NCBI GenBank assembly: GCA_964016885.1
Contig: OZ024742.1
Location: 301,754,001-301,818,000 of the forward strand
Origin: Eledone cirrhosa
Lineage: Eukaryota
Length of the DNA stretch: 64,000 nt
Reading direction: 5' to 3'
This document shows, in pieces, positions 12,566-25,139 of this stretch (its first letter is position 1; each line of letters starts with the position of its first letter). The notes below the pieces were generated by a model. It did no database searches, had not been told where the DNA came from, and saw nothing but the letters and a program-made list of their open reading frames with translations. The translations under genes and the position numbers were made by a program.

Positions 12566-13422
12566 CTACATTAAGAGACAAAATGTTTTGTTTGTTTGTT
12601 TGTTTTTTTATTTTGAAAATAGCATTTTAATATTTTTATATATTCTTAGCTGGCTGCTGTTTTTAGCAGGTCAACCGATCATCTAGAAGTTCCCATGTTG
12701 AATATAAAACATTATTAACTGGGCAATAGTGGTTAAAACACAAATGTAGGAACTTTTAGCATTTGAACAAACCAACAGACTGAGAAAAAACAATTTAGCA
12801 AATATGCTTAACCTTTTCATTATATTTTCTCATGAAAGACACTGCCTATGATTTTGAAAATAATCAAGACTGCATATATTTAGTAATATAACTTTCTCAT
12901 TAAGTTGGTGCTTGAAGTATAATTTAACAAAGGTTCTTACTTAAAATTATGATGGCAAGTTTTAAAATAAATATAAACATTTTAAATTTTAAAACAGTTT
13001 TGTATTATAGAACCAAGAGTATTTTCAGGTGGTTTGGTATCATAAGAGTTGTTGATATCAGCAGCAAATATTGATGATTAAATAAACCAGAGTGTTTACA
13101 TAAGTCACTTGGACTACTAGAAATAGCAGCCAAATCTCACCCTAATATCTTCAAAACAGATACACGAGATAATGCAGTCTTAGATACACTAAGTCTAAAT
13201 AAAGATTAAGAGACAAAATCATGACAATAAGAATGCCTTTGATCATAAGTTTACTTAATTAGAACTGATCTGAGGCTAAACAACAACACTAGCCCTTTTA
13301 ATACAAACCTGGCCAAAACTAGCTCTGGTTCTATGAAACAAAACCACCCATTTTAATTCCTATTTAAATTAAAATGTTCAAACATAATTATATATCTGAA
13401 CCATTTATTAAATTTTGCTTGC

Positions 13423-14337
13423 AGTCTAACCTGGACACAATGCAACAATAGATGTCAGACTAGCAACTCAAGCTAGCTGTGGATAAGTGCACCACCATGC
13501 ATTTTGGGAGTAAAAACCCAGCGTCCACATACTCCCTCCACAGTACTAATATTAAGAAGTCTTCTTGTGAACGTGACCTGTGCATTACTAGAAGCAGCGA
13601 TTTGCGTTGGACAAAGCACATCTCTAAAATTGTCAATAAGGTTGAGCGTCTCTTGGCATCACTCAGCAAGACCTTTGTTAGCCACTCTCCAGCCATCTAT
13701 TTAAAGCTGTATACAGCTATGGTACGACCACACTTGGAATTTGCATCATCAGTCTGGAACCCCTATCTTGCTCAGAACATTGACCGCCTGGAAACTGTTC
13801 AGAGACGTGCAACCAAGCTAATACCCTCCATCAGGCATCTACCATACTCTGAGCGCCTTGCTTCCCTGGGCATGGATACATTGAAGCTCCGACGCCTGGC
13901 AACTGACTTGGTAAACACCCACAAAATTGTTAACCATCTTGCCAACAACAACCCTGAGTACCTTTTTGATTTCCGTGTGTCTAACACACGTGGGCATACC
14001 CACAAAGTCAGAAAACAGTACAGTTCCCATGACTTTCGGAAACATTTTTTCACGCTCAGAGTTGCTGAAGCATGGAACAAACTACCTGCATCGGTTGTTA
14101 GCTGGCGAGACACTGCATCCTTTAAGGCCTCCATGCTTCCCGAGATTCGCCAACACTACACCTAATGTTCCCCCTCCATACACATACACACATGTATATC
14201 ATGACTCATACACTATTCACTTCCCTGACATTTGTGTATTATTCTATGTACTATACATGCATCTTTGACGAGTTGTAGTGCAGTTGAGCACTTTACACAA
14301 TAATTTCATTATTATTATTATTATTATTATATTAATA
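13423..14337 (+). mobile_element. CR1/L2-group LINE 3' fragment
   Basis: ORF 13479..14165, same family as 9133-10180, (ATT)n tail. Confidence 0.92.
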
Positions 14338-14454
14338 AGGAAATAATATGCATTCATGAGTTTACTGCAAGAACAAAAGGAGGGGCAGCAGCCATCTAAA
14401 AAACATAGTGTAATGAGGCTGTTTGTTTGCAAACGAATCAAACATTATTATTAT

Positions 14455-14640
14455 ATTGGAAGTATCAGTAGAGGGTCGGACGCCATGCTTTGACGCATAG
14501 AGTTACGGCCCTTGCCATTCTGAGTTCAAATCCCGCCGAGGTTAACTTTGCCTTTCATCCTTACAGGATCGATAAAATAAAGTACCAGTAATACACTGGT
14601 TAATTACTGGCCTTGTGCCAAAAAGTAGAAACAATTATTA
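14455..14640 (+). mobile_element. SINE family A
   Basis: Matches the 210-411 copy. Confidence 0.85.
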
Positions 14641-16384
14641 TTTTATATAAAATTCATAAATGCATTCATGTATCTGCTATGTTAGAGCAAAAAAAAACAA
14701 ATGAAATAATTTTAGTAAATAAATCACTTAAATTAAATGGAGTGTATTTCATTAGAGATATAGAAATGAAAGAGTTAAAGACTAAAACGTGGAGGATACT
14801 TAAAAATGGTGGAAAGAAGCTATAGTAGTTGTAGTTTATTGTGTATCTTTATTTCAGATTTATTTATTTCTACAAGCTTATGAGAGGAGGAGATGATAAC
14901 CTCCTTAGTATTGGTGTCATGATAAAATACACTCGGTAGTGTGTGATTGTAAGTGAGTTGTGGGTTGCCAGCCTATCGGAGCACTTGGAAAGATGCAGCA
15001 AGATGCAGGCCTCCAGCCCACTTTAGGGTCAGTACCCTCTGCTTTATATATCAACCCAGTCTACTGACAACCTGCTAGCAGGGAAAGTGGATGTTAAACG
15101 ATGAGGTGGGGTGTTTCTGTCCTTTATTGACCTAGCTATATAGGTGAGTGTCGGAGGAGGAGAGGCAGTGTCGTCCTTTATTGGTCCTACATAGGTCAGT
15201 CAGTATTGGAGAAAGAGGTCCTTGACAGTTTTGGCCCTTCTAACTGGGTTAGTGTCAAAGAAGGAAGAGAGATTGTCCTTGTCCTTTAATGGCTCTTCTA
15301 GCTAGGTCAAGGTCAAATATCCAAATTGCCGTATATCCAGTCTGAACATCTACAAAAGAAACATGAGTGGACAGAGACTACAGAATCAACATCTTCCGCT
15401 ACCATCTCCCTTCCCATACACCTCCCTTTCTGTAACCATCCCTTCCCCATTTCCACAAGCTTCTTCCCCACCCTCCCAATCCCCATCCCACACCATGAAG
15501 TAGTCCTTCTGGAGCTACAACAAAAGTCCCCATCCCTCACTGTATAGTGGTCATGTATGTGTCAAGACAAAGCGCCTAGTCCACACTGTAAAGTGGTCAT
15601 GTCGGCGACATGACAAAAAGTGCCCAGTTCACGCTGTGGTCATGTAGGTGTCACAACAAAAAGCACCCACCACACACTGTAAATGTGGTTAGCATTAGGA
15701 AGGACATCCAACTGTAGAAACCAAGCCAAAATCAGCCGTGTGATCTCTCCCAAAGGGGTAGCCTGTCCCACCCAAGCTAGCATGGAAAATGGACGTTAAA
15801 TGATGATGAATCAACTCTTAATAGCTATATGTTGTTGTTGGTTGTGGTGTTTAGCTCCAGTGAGCAGTCATATAATCAAAGGTAATCCAGTCATAAACAT
15901 TTTTCCTATGTTTAGGGAACCTAAAACTACATTATACAATGTGGGTGGTAAAATGTGACTTGAGGGATATTTGGCTGCTCTTTCTAGCAATCAAGCAACC
16001 GCATTGAGGTTCCCATATCAGTTCAGTGTGATGGTGTTAAATCTACAACTGTATATGGCTGCATGGTTAAAAAGTTTATTTTTCAGCCATATGGTGCTGA
16101 GTTCAATCCTATCATACAGCACAGTGGTCTTATTTCTTCCACATCCTCACATTGGTGAATGTTTTCATCATCATTTAACATCTGTTTTCTTTTTAGCCCT
16201 TTAGCATTTAAACTAGCTGTATCCTGCCAGAATTCTCTCACCTTTTTCTGTTCAAACCGGCTGTAACCGGCCACTCATACCAATGTTAAGGTATTGTTCT
16301 CAAAATAAATAATATCAAAATCTCATAGATTCAATATTATGTGACATAATTATGTAAGGTAAAACCTTTACTGTGAAAATATAA

Positions 16385-16995
16385 TCTCCTTATAATATAT
16401 AACCAGCAATTTCTCTGTTTGTCTGTCTGTCCAACAGTGGAAACACTTGCGCACGTGCGAATGTTTTTTGCGCACGCGTAGAGAGAGAGAGTGAGAGTGA
16501 AAGAAAGAGACAGACTACAAGAGGGGGATAGCGGGAGGGAGAGAGAGAGAGTGAATAGACGCTAAAACACGTGCGCGCGTGCGAATGTTTTTTGCGCGCA
16601 CGCGTAGAGAGAGAGTGAGAGTGAAAGAAAGAGACAGACTACAAGAGGGGGATAGCAGGAGGGAGAGAAGGGGGAATTGAGGAGTGCTACAGAAACATAT
16701 ATACATTTCTGTGTGTGTGTAATATATATATATATATACACACACAGAAATATATATATATACACACAGAAATATATATACATTTCTGTGTGTGTAATAT
16801 ATATATACACACAGAAATATATATACATTTCTGTGTGTGTAATATATATATACACACAGAAATATATATACATTTCTGTGTGTGTAATATATATGTATAT
16901 ATATATATACACACACAGAAATATATATACATTTCTGTGTGTGAAATATATATATATACTAGCAGAAAACCACCCGGCAGGCGGTTTTCTGCTAG
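16385..16995 (+). mobile_element. Non-autonomous Helitron 1
   Basis: 5' TC, GTCT microsatellite near the 5' end, internal tandem repeats, subterminal hairpin GCAGAAAACC..GGTTTTCTGC, 3' CTAG. Confidence 0.7.
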
Positions 16996-19017
16996 TCTAT
17001 ATATATAAAACTGAGGATGTCTGTCTGTGTGTGTGTTTATGTGTGAGTTTGAATCCCTAAAACTTGAGAAGTACCCAACCGATTTATTTCAAACTTTACA
17101 TGTGTATTACTTATATTTCAGGGAGTGTTATGCACATAAAAAGAATTCCACTTTTTGAGCCCCTAGGTTTTCATTAGGTGAAAAACTGCGTTTTTTTTTC
17201 AGCTCTTTAGGGGTTTTTTGAGGCGTTACGTCAGACGGATTTCCTTGAAATTGTAACTATATAATAATAATAATAATAATAATGAAATATTGTGTACAGT
17301 GCTCAGGTGCACTACAACTCATCAAAAAGTGTATGTACAAACGTCAGGAAAATGAACAGTGCATGAGTCATGATATACACATGTGTGCATGTGTATGGAA
17401 GGGGTATATCAGGTGTAGTTTTGGCGTATTTCGGGAAGCATGAGTGTTTTAAAGGATGCAGTGTCTAAAGGAGCGTGAAAAAATGTTTCCGAAAGTCATG
17501 GGAGCTGTGCTGTTTTCTGATTTTGTAGGCATGTCCACGTGTGTTAGACACATGGAGATCAACAAGGTGCTCAGGGTTGTTGTTGGCGAGATGGTTAATA
17601 ACTTTGTTTACCAAGTCCATTGCCAGACGTCGGAGCTTCAATGAATCCATGCCCAGGGAAGCAAGGCGTTCAGAGTATGGTAGGTGTCTGATGGAGGGTA
17701 TGCGCTTGGTTGCACGTCTCTGAACAGTTTCCAGGAGGTCAATGTTCTGAGCAAGATGGGGGTTCCAGACTGATGATGCAAATTCCAAGTGTGGTCATAC
17801 CATAGCTGTATACAGTTTTAAATAGATGGCTGGAGAGTGGCTAACAAAGGTCTTTCTGAGTGATGCCAAGACACCCTCAGCCTTCTTGACAATCTTAGAG
17901 ACATGCTTTGTCCAACGCAAATCGCTGCTGACAGTAATGCCCAGGTCACGTTCACAAGAGGACTTCTTGATATCAGTGTTGTGGAGGGAGTATGTGGACG
18001 CTGGATTTTTCCTCCCAAAATGCATGGTGGTACACTTGTCCACAGCCAGCTTCAGTTGCCAGTCTGTGATCCATTGCTGCATTGTGTCCAGGTCTGATTG
18101 TAAGAAAGAGTTATAGATTTCAGGATCAGTCCTTTTGATTTCAAGGTACAGCTTGATGTCATCTGTATATTTCAGTACCGTGGCATTCTGTAAGTTGGCA
18201 TCTATGTCATTAATATATGCCACAAACAAAAGGGGACCAAGAACAGATCTCTGTGGTACACCAGATGACATCTCATATGGTGAAGAATGCTGTCCTAGAA
18301 CCGTGACTACCTCTTTTCGGCTGAGAATGAAGGATTTCAACCAGTCGAAAAGATCATCCCTCACACCCATTGCAGAGAGTTTTGCCATAAGTCTTTTGTG
18401 TGGCACAGAATTAAAAGCCTTAGCAAAGTCAAGGTAAACAACATCCACCCATGAGCCGCTGTCAGTGATCCGGGTGATGTCTTCAAGGAACTCGATAAGC
18501 TGATCACAGCAGCTGGAGTAAGGGATAAATCCAAACTGCGAGGGCCGGATGAGGCTGTGAGAGCTCCAGAAGTTCCAAAGTGTTTCTCTGACACAGGATT
18601 CCATCAGTTTGGCCATACAGCTAGTAAGACTGACTGGACGATAGAGACTGTCAGTCTATTCTTCATACCGTGAGCAAAGAAAATCCAACTTTTTTATGGC
18701 ATAGGTGAAAAACTTCATTTTTTCAGGTTTTACGGCTTTTTTGAGGCGTTACGTCTAGCCGATTTTCCCGAAATTTCAAGGCATATTATGCACATAAAAA
18801 AAAATTCATTTTCTTGATCCCTTAGGGCCCGCATTAGGTGAAAACCTGCATTTTTCCTGCTTCATCGAGGAAAATCTTAAAGATTATCCAGCCATCAGAG
18901 TATTCAGTTTATTTTCTTTACATATTGTCCAGGCATGCAGTTTTTCCACGATTAGATCTGTTGGCGGCCCGCGTTCCTAAATACCTTATCCCATGCAACG
19001 CCGGGTACTACTGCTAG
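16996..19017 (+). mobile_element. Non-autonomous Helitron 2 (contains a CR1-group LINE)
   Basis: 5' TCTATATATATAAAA, 3' GCAACGCCGGG...CTGCTAG followed by T. Confidence 0.75.
17262..18645 (-). mobile_element. CR1/L2-group LINE 3' fragment with RT domain
   Basis: ORF 17795..18616: QFGF, YLDFAKAFNSVPH, SGVPQRSVLGPLLF, YTDD. Frameshifted continuation 17465..17788. Confidence 0.93.
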
Positions 19018-19220
19018 TAGTATATATAGAGTAATGTAAATGCTAAAGGGTTAAGCAAATATATTCCGCAGAATATTTATTTGACACAAAGCAACTTTTC
19101 TAGTGTTGGTGGCATGATAAAATGCACCAAATCTATAAAGTGCATCGTGCTAAGAAGGGTATTGAGCTACTAAAACAACACCAAAAAGTGTGAAACATGG
19201 TCTTCCAACCAATCAAGAAA

Positions 19221-19407
19221 AGCAATTCAGCAGGTAAGTTATTACACACTCCTGAGCAGATTCCAACTTCCGTGGCCACCGTCCTGTTGTCTATATTGAC
19301 CGAGGCCCTTTCGGGGATCTAATGGGCGAAGCATAGGGCACCTTAGCCAGACTTTTGGTTCATCCCACATCACCATTTCTGCTTACCAAAAATGGCCCAC
19401 TTGGCAC
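19221..19407 (-). pseudogene. 28S (LSU) rRNA fragment in ALG6 intron 1
   Basis: Reverse strand reads GCCAAGTGGGCCATTTTTGGTAAGCAGAA...GGGATGAACC...CAGGACGGTGGCCACGGAAGTTGGAATC...GGAGTGTGTAATAACTTACCTGC, conserved eukaryotic LSU core with substitutions. No flanking rDNA. Confidence 0.9.
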
Positions 19408-19699
19408 GTAGTTACTCATTATTTCATCTATCTGTTTATTGACTGATTAAATTCTCGTTTTAAAGACGATAAAAAATAACTGAATTAGACCATGATGACC
19501 CGTCCAGCCCATCACAAGGTAAGCAAACAAATACAAATGAGTGTGTCTATGTCTTTTGTCAATGTGTATTGGTGAGAAGACCAATGACACTTAACAAAAA
19601 TGCCATGTGGTATTTATTTGAAATGAAGGCGGTAAAATAACTAAACGGATATTAAAACAATGACAAAGATTATTCATAAATACATTTTTTGCCAATCCT

Positions 19700-20285
19700 G
19701 AAAAGGCACCATAGAAGTAGTTGATATTTTCTGATACTTAGGTGACCTAATTAGCAGTGGAGAGGGTCGTTCTGAGTACAGGCTGTAAGATGTTTATGGA
19801 GCTATCCCTCTGCTGACATCAAAAAAGTTTTTTTTATGAGCAAAGGTTGATTGTATTATGCCTGAGTGAATGCAATGTTGCATGGCAGTGAGACAGGTGG
19901 TGAATGCAGAGAAATATACACAGAATTTGCAGAGAAATGAAGTGAGCATGCTTCATGAGATGGGTAATGTTAGAATGCATGAACTGATAGAAAAACTGAA
20001 TATAAAAGGAATCAGATGTAGTTTGCAAGAGAGAAGACTGTGCTGGAATGGACATGTGATGTGCATGGATGATGGTCTTTGGGTGAAGAAGTGCCAGGAG
20101 ATGCCACTGGAATGAAGCTACAGTAGAGGAAGACTAAGGAAAACCATTGCAGAGATGGTTAGAACTAATTTTAAAACGCTGAATCTCACAGAGGAGATAA
20201 CAAGGGAACTCAACGGTTGGAGGCAGGCTGTGCTGGAAGGACCAGTCCAACCCATGCAAGCATAGAAAAATGGATATATGATGAT
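19700..20285 (+). mobile_element. Old RTE LINE 3' fragment
   Basis: QERRLCWNGHVMCMDDGLWVKKC motif, heavily mutated. Confidence 0.75.
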
Positions 20286-20982
20286 TATAATAACGTGCAG
20301 TACAGAGTCGGACAACATACTTAGCGATATAGCGTTACGGCCCTTTACGTTCTGAGTTCAAATCTCGCAGAGGTTTGCTTTGCTGTTCATCCTTACGGGG
20401 TCGATAAAATAAAGTACCAGTAATGCACTGGGGTCAATTTAATTTATTTTCCCTTTCCCCAAAAATTGTTGGCCTTGTGCCTAAATCAGAAACCATTAAT
20501 AAATGTATTAGAACAATGAAGTGGTGGGAACAGAGGAAATAAAATGTCTTAGAACTACATTGTCTAATGTTTCATTCCATGTTAAATGGAGTAGGGTATA
20601 ATTTGAGCGATAAAGAAACGTGTTCGTGTTTTAATCACACCTGACACAGTTAAATGTAGGTGGGAGTCAATGAAAAGTAAAGCTATATTATTGTACTAAT
20701 ACAGGACTTTACAATATCTAATTTCATTACTTTAACAACCTCAGCCAACATCGATAAAAAAAAAACAAAGAAACAAAACAAAAACAATAATTGATTACAT
20801 GGCCATGTGTGGTTAAGGAGTTCGCCTCACAACCATATGGTTCTGGGTTCAGTCCTGCTGCGTGGCATCAAATAAGTGCCTTCTACTATAGCCTCGGGTT
20901 AACCAAAGCTTTGAGAGTGTAATTTGGTAGGCGGAAATCGCAGAAGCCCGTCGTGTGTGTGTGATATATATTATATATATAT

Positions 20983-21080
20983 ATACAGTGTCACAAAAAA
21001 TGTATACACACTTTGATTACTTGTAAAGGCAATATACATTAGAATGCTGAAGTGTATATACATTTTGGGGGGACACTATA
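20983..21080. mobile_element. Tc1/mariner-like MITE
   Basis: TA-flanked imperfect TIRs CAGTGTC..AAAATGTATA. Same family at 57958-58063 and split at about 51130-51895. Confidence 0.6.
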
Positions 21081-22215
21081 TAAAACGTTTATGTGTGGTA
21101 ACTTAGCAGTTAGACTTGAAATAAGCATTGGGGTCGATATGATCGACTAAATGAAGGCAGTGCACCAGAATGACAGTGGTCTAATGACAGTAAAACCAGT
21201 AAAGTATTTACGCGCACACATATATAATACAGACACACAAACCATATTTTTTCATCTAAATACATACAGCGCGAAGTACAATAAAATATATAACATTCAA
21301 ATTAATCAAATTCATTATTTTTAGAAACAGATCTAACAGCTGCTTAATATTCAATATCACACGATAGTGGCGGCGACGGTGATAAACCACGATACTGCGC
21401 TGGTTTATTACGAGTCTTTCTCTTTCCCCAGCTTCCTCCCAAGAACAATTCAACCATATGGAATATAAAGGATTTGTCTCTTCTATATAGCTTTTATGTA
21501 ATTGAAATTATATGATGGTATATTTTAAAACCTGCTATAAAATATATATTATCGATGTCCACATTCAAAATTGTGAAAACCCATTGAAGAATAGTTATAG
21601 CTCGTCAATTAATGTACAAAACAAAAGTAGTGATTGAATCAATGAACTAGATTTAACCCTTTCAAGCCATTACAAGTAGAACCGAATGTGCAGATGACGC
21701 TACAGTATTGTATTTCAAGTGATAATTGCTGACTGGACATAGCTAACAGGAAATCAAAATCAGAACTGCTGTTATTGTTGTTGGCGGGTTTTCTTCTTCT
21801 TTTTCCGCATTCTTTTTGTTGTAGTTGTTCATAAAAATTGTGTGTTTATATTTTCTATTGGGAATTGATATAGTTAACACCCATTAAAAAATTCCAAATT
21901 TAAAACAAAAAAAAAAAAAGAAAAACCCCACCCAAAACCTTAAAAAAAAAACAATTTACTTTGCTTATTAGCATTTCGACCCAGATGAAAGAAAGCATGA
22001 ATATAATTATGTACATATAGGCAAAATGAAAGTAAGAATATTTTATCCCCTTGCTTATACGCCTCTAATGTTTTCTCTATCATTGAAAGGGTATTATCAG
22101 AATCTAACATGTGGCAAGACAAGGTGCGTGGCAGATCATTGTTTGCGACTGATTTGAAATATAACATGTATAAACAGCCTAAAATAAAAAAAAAATAAAA
22201 ATTAAATATCCTAAC

Positions 22216-22318
22216 CAGAATATCCTCCAAGCGATATACACCATCGAACAAGTACAGCACATATTATTACGAATAAAAATTCGTAAAAATGTGCTCCCGA
22301 TGATGTTTTCGTGGTCAT
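22216..22318 (-). CDS. ALG6: ALG6 coding exon 1 (MTTKTSSGAHFYEFLFVIICAVLVRWCISLGGYS-G)
   Basis: VRWCISLGGYSG matches the ALG6 N-terminus (VRWxVSLxSYSG). ATG at 22318, GT donor at 22215-22214, phase 1. Confidence 0.9.
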
Positions 22319-23549
22319 GTTGTCAGATTCTCCGATTTGAAAAGATAGGGAAACGGTGTTAACCCATAAATGTCCGTCTGAAACATTCTTCCTCAAAACG
22401 TTTCAATGTTATCTATGTTGACTTTAAACAATGACAATTCTCTTGTAATGCGAATGACTTATAAATCAAAATATTCATTCCAAATATCTGCACAACACCA
22501 CTTTTTTTTTTTTTTTACTTTTTTTAGGAAGGTATTGTCTAATAGATTGGTCTAATTGCATTTAGGTTATTGACCTCGGAATGTTGAAAAGCCAAGTCGA
22601 TCTCACCTGGACTTGATCTCAAAAAGTAATAGGCTGTAACTAGATATTGCATTGAATTTTGTCAATTGGTCTACTAATTTTACTAATTGAACGGTTTCCA
22701 CACATGTATGTTAATATGCAATATATCAACTCACCTGTCAGTTCCAAAATATATTTATAATCTTAGTATAAACTGAGAAGGATATTTTATTTTATTTCTA
22801 CAGATATATCATCATCACCACCACCACCACCACCACCGTTTAACGTCCATTTTCCCACGCTAGAATGGGTTAGATGAGTTGTCTCACTGTGAGGCAAGCC
22901 AGGTTAGGTGACCATCATCTAGCTCACAGAACTGTTTCTGGCTTTGTTTCTATGGTTGGATGCCCTAACACCAACCATATTTACAGTGTGGACTGCATGA
23001 TTTTTGTCGTGACACCTATACAATCATTTTACAGTGTGGACTGGGTACTTTTTGTCATGGCACCAAAATGACCACTACTTTACAGTGTGGACTGGGGGCG
23101 GAGTGGGGAGGTACATGGGAATTGGTGAGGTAGGTCTAAGGTAGAGCATTTATCAGAAGGGTTGGGGTGTAGGGACGAGAATGAAGGGTGGGGTGTTAGG
23201 ACATGTGTGAAGTGTTAGGACATGGGAGGTGCATGAAAGGAAGAGGGGGGATATGGATGAATGGTGGGATGTTAGGATGGGGGGGGGGAAGGTAGAGCAT
23301 ACAAGATGTATGCTTCAAGCCATGCTCATGGGATGATGGGTCTTCTGTATTACTGCATAATGCATAGATCTCGATCCTGTGTCATCGTCTTTGAGAGGTG
23401 CAATTATGAAAGGTCAGCTTTTATTACCTTATCCCAAAACTTCCTACACCATAGCTTCCATCAATTTTGAGTGCTTTGCACCTTTTTATACAGCTGACAT
23501 CCTTCATATACATCACATGTCCATACCAATGCATTCTCCTCTCATTTCG

Positions 23550-23810
23550 TCCGCCTGTATTTGCGATCGTATTCTTTCGGTCATCATTCAAGTTTCATGG
23601 CCATAGTTAAGGGTTGGCACAAATACTGAATTGAAGATAGCAAATTTTGCTTTTACACCTATCTCCATCCTTCTGATGAGTGAATGCTGAAGCTGGTTCC
23701 TTATTGCACCAGCTCCTGCAATTCTTGCACCTAATTCAGCCACTTGTCTTCCATCACTCATGAACACGGCCCTGAGATACGTGAACTTTTCCATATGCTT
23801 CAGTGGAACT
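23550..23810 (-). mobile_element. RTE-clade LINE fragment (second family)
   Basis: EKFTYL...RIAGA...KAKFAIFNSVFVPTLNYGHET. Related to 32170-32760, 41267-41670 and 57350-57680. Confidence 0.75.
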
Positions 23811-24192
23811 CCACCACCACTGCTGCCACCACCACTACCACCAACACCACTACCAACACCACTACCACCACCACCGCAACCACCAACCACAACCACCACC
23901 ACCAACACCACCACTACCCCCACAACCACCAACCACCACCACCACCACCACAACCACCAACCACCACCACCACTACCCCACCACAACCACCAACCACAAC
24001 CACCACCACTACCCCCACCACAACCACCAACCACCACCACCACCACCACCACCAACAACAACAACCACTACCACCACCACCACTACCCCCACCACAACCA
24101 CCAACCACCACCACCACCACCACCACCACTGCCACTGCCACTACCATCACCACCACTAAAACTACCATCATCTCCATCATCATCATCGTCAT
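23810..24192. repeat. Compound (CAC/CAA)n microsatellite
   Basis: Direct reading. Explains the overlapping poly-T/P/H ORFs. Confidence 0.95.
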
Positions 24193-25139
24193 CGTTTTAT
24201 GTTCATTTTCCATGCTGACATTAGTTGGGCAGGTTGTCACAGTCTGTGACTAGATGGGTCACAGAACCATGTCCTTCTGCTTATATGTTCTATTTTGGGA
24301 ATGATTTCTATGGATGGTTGCTTTTTTTAATGATAACCACATTAAAATGTGTATTTGGCACATTTTATCATGGCACCAGCACTACAACTTTATAGAGTGT
24401 ACTGGGTGCATTTTATTGTGGCACCGGCACTACCTCTTTATAGAGTGTACCATTTGCATTTTATCATGGCACAAGCACAACCGCTTTATAGAGTGTATCA
24501 TGTGCATTTTGTCATGACACATTACAGTGTTGACTGGGTATTTTGGGGGTATTTTTTGTCGTGACTTTAACATGGCCATTTTACACATTGGGTGGAGCTG
24601 GGGGAGAGGGTGTCAAATATAAGATATATATTTCAGTCACTACACTATTACCTTTTTAATATTTGTTTCACTCTGCTTGTATGAGAGAGTGGGGGGTGTC
24701 TCCAGCACCGCACATTGTCACCACTCATTAGATCCCTTTGTCATCTCTGTTGTGAGGTTTAGCTTCCGAGATCAACCCTCACCACTTTGTCCTATATTTT
24801 CCTAATTTTTCCTCTTCCACAGGTTCTATTCACTTTCTTTATTCTGTACTTCTTTATGCAGATATCATCTTTCGTGTGCATCACATGTCCACACTAATGC
24901 AATCTTCTTTCTTGTACACTACACTTGACCTCTCCTATACCCAGTATTCTCTCAAATCATCAATGTTTTGTTGCATGGCTGTTAACTCATCTCAGTGCAC
25001 AAGCACTATCATAGATTTTATCTTCCATCATGCAGGCTTGGTGGGTTTGGTAGTTTAATTGTAGACAACCTGACTGTGCATGAAATTGTACTGGGTTACA
25101 TATTACCAGTAGTAGGAGGGGTTACCACATACATACATC

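Larger units (their letters stand above)
16197..19050 (+). mobile_element. piggyBac-like MITE split by nested Helitrons and a LINE
   Basis: 5' half 16197-16384 and 3' half 19018-19050 rejoin (ATAA|TAGTATATATAGAG) to give the intact MITE seen at 1787-1982. TTAA follows. Confidence 0.8.

Noticed and set aside
16515-17060. YIYTH-repeat ORFs
   Set aside because: Products of a TA/CA-rich minisatellite in a Helitron.
21940-22260. 106-aa ORF or extra ALG6 exon after the AG near 22178
   Set aside because: The implied intron would be under 40 nt, there is no ALG6 similarity, and exon 1 joins exon 2 in frame without it.
22319-22396. N-terminal extension of ALG6 from the ORF track
   Set aside because: Begins at a non-ATG codon. 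ATG 22318 gives an N-terminus of typical ALG6 length.
23588-24253. Overlapping Thr/Pro/His/Gly-rich ORFs
   Set aside because: Translations of a CAC/CAA microsatellite, which lacks stops in all frames.
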